Assembly (NCBI GenBank): GCA_900317925.1
Contig: ONIQ01000001.1
Coordinates: 18,300 to 82,299, forward strand
Direction of reading: 5' to 3'
DNA length: 64,000 nucleotides
Origin: an uncultured Bacteroidales bacterium
GTDB taxonomy: Bacteria; Bacteroidota; Bacteroidia; Bacteroidales; UBA932
In this document: in pieces, positions 57,658 to 64,000 of the stretch
Position numbering within the stretch: the stretch's first letter is position 1
Layout: every line of letters begins with the position of its first letter
Made by a program: the position numbers and the translations under genes
Notes under the pieces: generated by a model
Databases searched by the model: none
What the model was told of the DNA's origin: nothing
Seen by the model: only the letters and a program-made list of their open reading frames with translations

Positions 57658-58215
57658 TTATTTCTGAGCCTGCTGCTGGGCTTGGATTTCGGCCTGGAGG
57701 GATTCCAGGGTGCGGTCGGCCGGGATACTGAGGGCCTTGCGGGCATCCGGCGTCAGGTCCTTGCTCTGGCCGGCATCAAAGTACAGGAGGGAAGAGACAT
57801 CGAATACATAGATGTATCCACCGGACTTGGCCAGTTTCTCCACCGTCTTCTGGACTTTGTCCACAATAGGGGCCATCAACTGGTTCTGCATCTGCTGAAG
57901 CTCACCGGAAATGCTCTGCTGTGTCTCCTGGATACGGTTCTGGATCTCCATGAGTTCCTTCTCCTTGCTTTCCTTGATGGCGGCGGTCCAGGTGCTCACT
58001 TTCTGCTGATACTGCTGATACTTGGACTGGTATTCATCCATCATCGACTGCAGCGTTTCCTCCGCTTCCTTCTGGGCTGCGGCCAGAGAGGCACGCGCAG
58101 AGTCGGCAGCAGGGGTAAGCTGAACCAGCTCACCATAGTTGACATGAGCGAATTTCTGGGCAGAGGCTGCCACCGAAATCAGTGCCATAACGGCAACAAT
58201 CAAAATCTTTTTCAT
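57658..58215 (-). CDS. OmpH/Skp chaperone
   Basis: Signal peptide, KFAHVN, Gln-rich coiled coil, YIYVFD; downstream of bamA. Confidence 0.9.
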   Translation of the reverse strand: MKKILIVAVMALISVAASAQKFAHVNYGELVQLTPAADSARASLAAAQKEAEETLQSMMDEYQSKYQQYQQKVSTWTAAIKESKEKELMEIQNRIQETQQSISGELQQMQNQLMAPIVDKVQKTVEKLAKSGGYIYVFDVSSLLYFDAGQSKDLTPDARKALSIPADRTLESLQAEIQAQQQAQK

Positions 58216-58241
58216 ATTCTCTGTAATAATTTGTTTATCTG

Positions 58242-60836
58242 TTAGAACTGTTGTCCAATCATGAAGTGGAACTGGCTTCCACCATACCGCGTATCATCGA
58301 AGCCATAGCCCCAGTCGACACCCAGCAGACCGATCATCGGCAGGAAGACCCGCACGCCGACACCGGCGGAGCGCTTGATCTGCAGGGGGTTGAAATCGCG
58401 GATATCGGCCCAGCAGTTACCGCCCTCCAGGAAGCCCAGCACGAAAATCGTGGACTGTGGCTGCAACACCACCGGGAACCGGAGTTCCAGGGTAAGCTTG
58501 TCATAGACGTTACCCGCATAAGAATAACCGTTGGAATTATACTTCGAATGGGACATCGGGGTCAGCGAGTAGTTCTCGTAACCGCGGAGGGCAATCATTT
58601 CCGAACCGTAGTTGTAGTAGCCCGACATGCCGTCGCCACCCACCAGGAAGCCCTCGAACGGGGAATAGCCCCAGTTTCGGTTGTAATAGCCCAGGTAACC
58701 GAACTGCGCCCGCGCCATGAGCACGAAATTGCCCACGATCTGGTTGTAGAAGGCTGCGTTGAGTTTCCACTTGTGGTATTCGATCCATTTGTACCGGTCA
58801 GCGGCCGTCCAGTTATCGTAGTTGATATCGGCATAGCTGTTCACCCGCGTCGGATTCCCGTTGGCATCCAATTTTCCCTTGTCCAGGCGACGGAACAGGG
58901 AGAACGGCGGCGTAAGCTGTACGGATGCGGAGATATCCGAACCCTGACGGGGGAAAATCTGCTGGTCCGTAGAGTTGCGGGACAGGCTCAGGGTATAACT
59001 GATGTTGTGCGAAATGCCATCGTCGAAGATGAAATAATTGGAATACCAGTTCTTCAGGCGATAGGTCTGCCAACTGATGCCATTGTACAGGACGAAGTAG
59101 TTGTCCGGCCATTTCAGCCGCTTGCCGATTCCTCCGGAGAAACCGAAAACTTCCATCACCTTGTCGTTGCTCAGGATACCGATGGCCAGGTAGGAGTTGG
59201 TCTGGCGGGTATAGTAGCCCGAAAGGCTCAGCGAAGTAGGTTTCTTACCAAAGAGCCAGGGCTCCGTAAAACTGGCCGTGATGGCCGTATAATACGTACC
59301 GTTGGTCTGGAAACGGAAAGCCAGGTTCTGGGCATCGCCCAGCGGAACCGGACGCCAGGCGCTCTTGTCGAAGAAGCGGCGCGTAGAGAAGTTGTTGAAA
59401 CTCACACCGACAGTAGCCACGAAAGTATTCATACCCCAACCGCCGGACAGCTCCAGCTGGCTGGACGGCTTCTCCGTCACATTGTAAACAATATCAACGG
59501 TGTTGGTGCTCTGGTTCGGAATCAGGGAATAGCCCTTGGCCGGATCGGTAATGGCTTCCGGGTCAAACTGGCCCAGCGAAGCGATTTCCCGGATGGACCG
59601 CTCGAAATCCGTCTGGCGGAAGAGATAGCCCGGCTTGGTAAAGACCTGGCGGCGTACGACCCGCTCGTTGGTCAGGTCATTGCCGTTGATGATAATGTTG
59701 TTCAAGGTAGCCTGCTTGCCCTCCGAAATCCGCATTTCCACATCGACGGAGTCATTCTGGATATTCATTTCCACCGGGGTTACGCTAAAGAAAAGGTAAC
59801 CGTTGTCCCGGTAGAGTTTGGACACGTCGTAATCGGTCTGTTTTCCGCCGCCGTGCAGGCGTTTCTCCATGGTGACCACATCGTAGGAATCGCCCTTGTT
59901 GATCTGGAGAATCGAATTCAGCTGGTCGGCCGAATAGACGGAGTTGCCCGTCCAGGAAATGTTGCGGAAATAGTATTTGTCCCCTTCCGCCAGGACCAGG
60001 TCAATGCCCAGCTTGTTGGGCTTGACATAATAAATGGAATCCCGGACCAGACGCGCATCACGGTAACCGGCCTCATTGAAGGCGCTCACCAGCCCACGCT
60101 TGTCGTTCTCGAATTCCTTTTCATTGAACTTCTTGCTGCTGAAGAAGTTGTAGAACTTTGCCGACTTGGTCTTCTTCATCGACTTGGCCAGTTTCCAGTC
60201 GGTGACATGCTCGTTGCCGATAAAGTTAATGGTCTTGATTTTGATTTTTTCGCCGCGATCCACCTCGAAATTCACACGGATGGCGCTCTTGATCATGGTA
60301 TCCCGCTTCTGCTCAGGCGTGACCTTGCACTCCAGGAATCCCTTTTCGGCATAGAACCGCTTGATGATATCGACCGATGTCTTCGCGACATAATCGGAAT
60401 ACTCCCCGCCGCGACGCAGTTTCAGGCGATCCATGAGTTCCTTCTTTTCGCCGCTCTTCACCCCGGTAAAGGTCCAGGCAGACACCCTGGGACGCTCTTT
60501 GATGAGAATGACAAACCACGCGGAATCACGCTGGGCGCTCAGGCTGTCCACTGCGATGGCCACATCCTCAAAATAGCGCTGGGCCCACAGACGGGCCACC
60601 ATGCTGGAAATCGCATCGCCGGGGACCGTCAGTTCCATTCCCTTCTGCATGCCGGTAAGCGAAATGATCCGCTCCGCGTCCACGTGTTTGTTTCCTTCCA
60701 CCCGGACACCACCAATGATATATTTCTGTGGATTGTTGTAATCCACCTCGACCCGGCCCTTATCGTCCTGCCCCCGAACGGGAAGGGCGGCCAGCAGCCA
60801 GCCAAGGAGAATCCCCATCCAATATATGTTCTTCAT
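58242..60836 (-). CDS. bamA: Outer membrane protein assembly factor BamA
   Basis: POTRA repeats, LRGYEN, LGVDWGYGFD, terminal F; start 60836 or 60848; TATATTTG box at 60858-60865. Confidence 0.96.
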   Translation of the reverse strand: MKNIYWMGILLGWLLAALPVRGQDDKGRVEVDYNNPQKYIIGGVRVEGNKHVDAERIISLTGMQKGMELTVPGDAISSMVARLWAQRYFEDVAIAVDSLSAQRDSAWFVILIKERPRVSAWTFTGVKSGEKKELMDRLKLRRGGEYSDYVAKTSVDIIKRFYAEKGFLECKVTPEQKRDTMIKSAIRVNFEVDRGEKIKIKTINFIGNEHVTDWKLAKSMKKTKSAKFYNFFSSKKFNEKEFENDKRGLVSAFNEAGYRDARLVRDSIYYVKPNKLGIDLVLAEGDKYYFRNISWTGNSVYSADQLNSILQINKGDSYDVVTMEKRLHGGGKQTDYDVSKLYRDNGYLFFSVTPVEMNIQNDSVDVEMRISEGKQATLNNIIINGNDLTNERVVRRQVFTKPGYLFRQTDFERSIREIASLGQFDPEAITDPAKGYSLIPNQSTNTVDIVYNVTEKPSSQLELSGGWGMNTFVATVGVSFNNFSTRRFFDKSAWRPVPLGDAQNLAFRFQTNGTYYTAITASFTEPWLFGKKPTSLSLSGYYTRQTNSYLAIGILSNDKVMEVFGFSGGIGKRLKWPDNYFVLYNGISWQTYRLKNWYSNYFIFDDGISHNISYTLSLSRNSTDQQIFPRQGSDISASVQLTPPFSLFRRLDKGKLDANGNPTRVNSYADINYDNWTAADRYKWIEYHKWKLNAAFYNQIVGNFVLMARAQFGYLGYYNRNWGYSPFEGFLVGGDGMSGYYNYGSEMIALRGYENYSLTPMSHSKYNSNGYSYAGNVYDKLTLELRFPVVLQPQSTIFVLGFLEGGNCWADIRDFNPLQIKRSAGVGVRVFLPMIGLLGVDWGYGFDDTRYGGSQFHFMIGQQF

Positions 60837-60871
60837 TCGATTCACCATTCAAATGTGCAAATATACGAAAG

Positions 60872-61552
60872 TTATTTGACTTTACCATACCTGCGGTCGC
60901 GACGCGCGTATTCGGCAAGCGCCTCGCGGAAGGCATCCTTCCGGAAATCCGGCCAGAGGATATCGGTGAAATAGAATTCGGAATAGGCCCCTTGCCACAG
61001 CAGGAAATTGCTGAGGCGTTGTTCGCCCGAAGTCCGGATGATGAGGTCCGGATCCGGGAAACCGGCGGTTACCAGGAAGGGCTCCAGTTCATCCGCACCG
61101 GCCTGTGCCATCTTGCGCGCCGCCTGGAGGATGTCCCATTTCCCGCTATAGCTCAGGAAGACAATCAGCGTAAGCCGGCTGCACGAAGCAGTCCGGGCCA
61201 TCAGGTCGTCGATTCCCGCATTCAGTTTGTCCGACAAACGGGCGCGGTTTCCCAAGACCACAAACCGGACATCATTCTTGAGCAGGGTAGGCAATTCGTC
61301 CTGCATCGACTTGAACATCAGCTCCATGAGGGTATTGACCTCCTGATCGGGCCGGCCCCAGTTTTCCTCAGAAAAGGCAAACAGCGACAAATATTTTACG
61401 CCGGTTTCCACGGCGGCCTCGGTGCACGCTCGAACGCTCTCGACACCCTCGAAATGGCCATAAACCCTCTCCTTGCCACGTTCCTTCGCCCAACGGCCAT
61501 TGCCGTCCATGATGATGGACACGTGCACGGGGAGCTTTCCGGTTTCTTCCAT
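60872..61552 (-). CDS. uppS: Undecaprenyl diphosphate synthase
   Basis: IMDGNGRWA, FSEENW.RP, RTSGEQRLSNFLLWQ, RRYG. Confidence 0.97.
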   Translation of the reverse strand: MEETGKLPVHVSIIMDGNGRWAKERGKERVYGHFEGVESVRACTEAAVETGVKYLSLFAFSEENWGRPDQEVNTLMELMFKSMQDELPTLLKNDVRFVVLGNRARLSDKLNAGIDDLMARTASCSRLTLIVFLSYSGKWDILQAARKMAQAGADELEPFLVTAGFPDPDLIIRTSGEQRLSNFLLWQGAYSEFYFTDILWPDFRKDAFREALAEYARRDRRYGKVK

Positions 61553-61561
61553 ACTTTTCCT

Positions 61562-62383
61562 TTAATCAATCGTGTTTCTGACATCTTCGCCCCAAAAGAG
61601 CTTGCTCGTAAGCGCCTTCACGAAGTTCGACTTTCCGAGCCGGATTCTTTTCAGCGAAAAACGTGCCACGGAAATTTCCATCCGCAAAGAAGAAGGGGCG
61701 GACAGCCTCCGGTTGTCCAGCGTCACCAACACTTCCGGGTCCCGAGACTGCACCGTAATGCCGATTTTGGCCGTATCCGGCACGATGAGCGGGCGGACGT
61801 TCAGGTTGTGTGGGGCGATGGGAGCAATAATGAGCACGGGTGCATCGGGCCGGCAGATAGGACCGCCCACGCTCAGCGAATAAGCCGTCGAACCCGAACT
61901 GGTAGCCACCAGCATGCCGTCGGCCCAATAGGTCGGAAGGGCTTCCCCGTCCAGGCTTACATCCACGCCCAGCATCGCGGCGCCACTCCGGTGAACGCTC
62001 ATCTCATTCAGGGAATACGGGCAGAAGGCGGCATCTTTCTCGACCCCCTCCAGTTCCGTATCCAGCAGGATGCGGTCTTCCACCGTCCAATCCCGTTTCC
62101 GAAGTGCCTCCAGGACTTCTTCGGGACGATATTCGGACAGGAATCCCAGCCGTCCCAGGTTCACGCCCAGGATGGGGACGCCGGCATTCTCCACCCGCTT
62201 GGCGGCGGACAGGAAAGTCCCGTCACCGCCGATGCTCAGGAGCATGTCGGTACCCGCACGCAAGTCGGCGTGCGAAGCGATGTCGTACAGTTCCATCCCT
62301 TCGGCCGCCAACGCATCGCATAGGGAGCGGCAGCGGTTATCTTGCCGGAGATCTGGGTTTTTGACGAAAATGGCCAGTTTCAT
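61562..62383 (-). CDS. nadK: NAD kinase
   Basis: GGDGT, GRLGFL, LNE, GSTAYSLSVGGP. Confidence 0.96.
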   Translation of the reverse strand: MKLAIFVKNPDLRQDNRCRSLCDALAAEGMELYDIASHADLRAGTDMLLSIGGDGTFLSAAKRVENAGVPILGVNLGRLGFLSEYRPEEVLEALRKRDWTVEDRILLDTELEGVEKDAAFCPYSLNEMSVHRSGAAMLGVDVSLDGEALPTYWADGMLVATSSGSTAYSLSVGGPICRPDAPVLIIAPIAPHNLNVRPLIVPDTAKIGITVQSRDPEVLVTLDNRRLSAPSSLRMEISVARFSLKRIRLGKSNFVKALTSKLFWGEDVRNTID

Positions 62384-62406
62384 ATTGCTCTTTGCGAAAC
62401 AAAAGT

Positions 62407-62445
62407 CAAAAATAATACTTTATTTATGAATATTAACTATTTTTG
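62407..62445. promoter_or_regulatory. Divergent -7 boxes for nadK (-) and pdxJ (+)
   Basis: CAAAAATA 62407-62414 and TATTTTTG 62438-62445. Confidence 0.6.
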
Positions 62446-62465
62446 TGCACAAATTGTGAAGCATC

Positions 62466-63185
62466 ATGACGAAACTGAGTGTCAATATCAACAAAATAGC
62501 CACCCTCCGCAATGCCCGCGGAGGCAACGTTCCCGATGTAACGAAGGCGGCGCTGGACTGTGAGTCCTTCGGCGCCGAAGGCATTACCGTGCATCCCCGT
62601 CCCGATGAACGTCACATCCGCTATGCCGATGTGCGGGACATCCGCCCCCGCATCCATACCGAATTCAACATCGAAGGGAACCCCATCCCCTCTTTCGTGG
62701 CGCTGGTGGACGAGGTTCGGCCCAACCAGGTAACCCTGGTCCCGGACGCCCACGACGCCATTACCTCGAATGCCGGCTGGGACACCCTCGCACACCGGGA
62801 TTTCCTGACAGACATCTGCGCCCATTTCAAGGCCCTGGGCATCCGGACGTCCATTTTTATCGACCCGGATCCGCGGATGGCGGAAGGGGCCGCACGGTGC
62901 GGAGCCGACCGGGTGGAACTGTACACCGCGGACTATGCCGAGCGCTACCCTTCGGGTGCGGAGGCGGCCATCGCCCCGTATCTAAAGACGGCACAGCGGG
63001 TTCGCGAACTAGGGTTGGGCCTGAATGCCGGACACGACCTGAGCCTGGAGAACCTTGCATTTTATATCCGGACCATCCCCTGGACGGACGAGGTTTCCAT
63101 CGGCCACGCCCTGATCAGCGACGCCCTGTATCTGGGGCTCGAGAAAACTATTGCCGCCTATTTGTCCAAAATTCGGATAATTTGA
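62466..63185 (+). CDS. pdxJ: Pyridoxine 5'-phosphate synthase
   Basis: [35 protein letters not shown]. Confidence 0.97.
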   Translation: MTKLSVNINKIATLRNARGGNVPDVTKAALDCESFGAEGITVHPRPDERHIRYADVRDIRPRIHTEFNIEGNPIPSFVALVDEVRPNQVTLVPDAHDAITSNAGWDTLAHRDFLTDICAHFKALGIRTSIFIDPDPRMAEGAARCGADRVELYTADYAERYPSGAEAAIAPYLKTAQRVRELGLGLNAGHDLSLENLAFYIRTIPWTDEVSIGHALISDALYLGLEKTIAAYLSKIRII

Positions 63186-63239
63186 GTATATTTGCATATT
63201 ATTGCTCAACCGATAACAATTAAAAAGTAACATAACACA

Positions 63240-63881
63240 ATGAAACAGACATCCACTATCCTCAGTGTCATTGCCCTCGTGGCCGTGGCCGTCCTTGGCA
63301 TCATCATGCTTACCGACAACAGCGGAAAGAAACCCGCCCCTGCCGCCGAAGGCGTAGAAGCCGTCGCCCAGAAAGGCGCTGTCGTGTACTTCAACCTGGA
63401 CCGTGTCCTGAAAGAGTACGACATGGCCAACGACCTCCGCAGCGTTGTCGAGACCAAGGTCAAGAGCATTACCGACGAGGTGAACCGCCGCGGCAACAAA
63501 CTCCAGAGTGACTTCAACGCCCTCAACGACAAGATCAACAAGGGTCTCATCACCCGTAGCGTCGCCGAGGCCCAGGCCCAGCAGATCCAGGACCGTAAGA
63601 ACAAGTTCGATGCCTATGCTGCCCAGAAGGAGCAGGAGATTGCCGAGGAGCAGATGGTGATGCAGAACCAGATCGGTGACGCCATCAAGAAGTTCGTCGA
63701 TGCCTATAATGTAGAGAAGGAGTATGCCGTCATCATCGCTACCCAGGGTGACATCCTGCCCGCCCCCGTCGTGGCCGGCGACCCCAGCCTGGATATCACC
63801 GACGACCTCATCGCCGGCCTGAATGCCGAATACGTCAAGAACAAAGCCAACAATAAGACCCCGGCCGAAAAAGCCGAATAA
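63240..63881 (+). CDS. OmpH family protein
   Basis: N-terminal hydrophobic anchor, VYFNLDRVL, coiled coil, DITD; TATATTTG box at 63187. Confidence 0.85.
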   Translation: MKQTSTILSVIALVAVAVLGIIMLTDNSGKKPAPAAEGVEAVAQKGAVVYFNLDRVLKEYDMANDLRSVVETKVKSITDEVNRRGNKLQSDFNALNDKINKGLITRSVAEAQAQQIQDRKNKFDAYAAQKEQEIAEEQMVMQNQIGDAIKKFVDAYNVEKEYAVIIATQGDILPAPVVAGDPSLDITDDLIAGLNAEYVKNKANNKTPAEKAE

Positions 63882-63883
63882 TC

Positions 63884-64000
63884 TTGAAAATCGCACTGCT
63901 GTCCTGTTTCTACCCCTTTCGAGGAGGAATCGCACAGTTCAATGCGGCCACGCTGGAAGAACTGGGCAAGAAGCACCTTGTCAAAGCGTTCAATTTCACG
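63884..64000 (+). CDS. Glycosyltransferase (GT4-like) N-terminus, runs off window edge
   Basis: Hand translation from TTG 63884: MKIALLSCFYPFRGGIAQFNAATLEELGKKHLVKAFNFT. Confidence 0.7.
   Translation, partial: MKIALLSCFYPFRGGIAQFNAATLEELGKKHLVKAFNFT

Noticed and set aside
1-64000. CRISPR arrays, rRNA, intact IS/transposase, integrase, group II intron, retron or DGR
   Set aside because: None seen on reading; no regularly spaced repeats or reverse transcriptase/transposase motifs in the ORF track.

Overview
Chromosomal window from a fairly GC-rich Bacteroidales genome. Evidence: TAnnTTTG -7 promoter boxes, AT-rich Shine-Dalgarno-free start regions and Bacteroidetes-type gene order. Two Fibrobacter-paralog-type families hint at a rumen/gut lineage (inference). 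Most of it is dense housekeeping: folC (partial), PIN-PhoH, ppdK, class I fumarase, murI, rpmF, prfB, rsmD, DHH/FKBP/MATE, ackA plus a Ptb-type acyltransferase, LemA/TPM, def, ruvX, dxr-rseP, rpsT, upp, nrdDG, a DASS permease with a DcaP-like porin, gdhA, korAB, bamA, uppS, nadK, pdxJ, and three tRNAs (Arg-CCT, Glu-TTC, Pro-CGG). One AT-richer accessory patch (~12.9-18.3 kb, next to tRNA-Arg) holds an AAA/DUF4143 ATPase, orphan genes, serine-recombinase and RhuM pseudogenes missed by the ORF track, and two diverged copies of one gene end. Best candidate for an undescribed system: the coupled pair at 21831-23734, a GHMP kinase with plant galacturonokinase-type motifs plus a short nucleotidyltransferase, suggesting a bacterial uronic acid to UDP-uronic acid salvage route. 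Also notable: a stand-alone degenerate PurL second-half domain, prfB without the programmed frameshift, an AckA+Ptb pairing, and DnaA-box-like sites upstream of nrdD. All family assignments are by eye from motifs and remembered sequences; no database searches were run.
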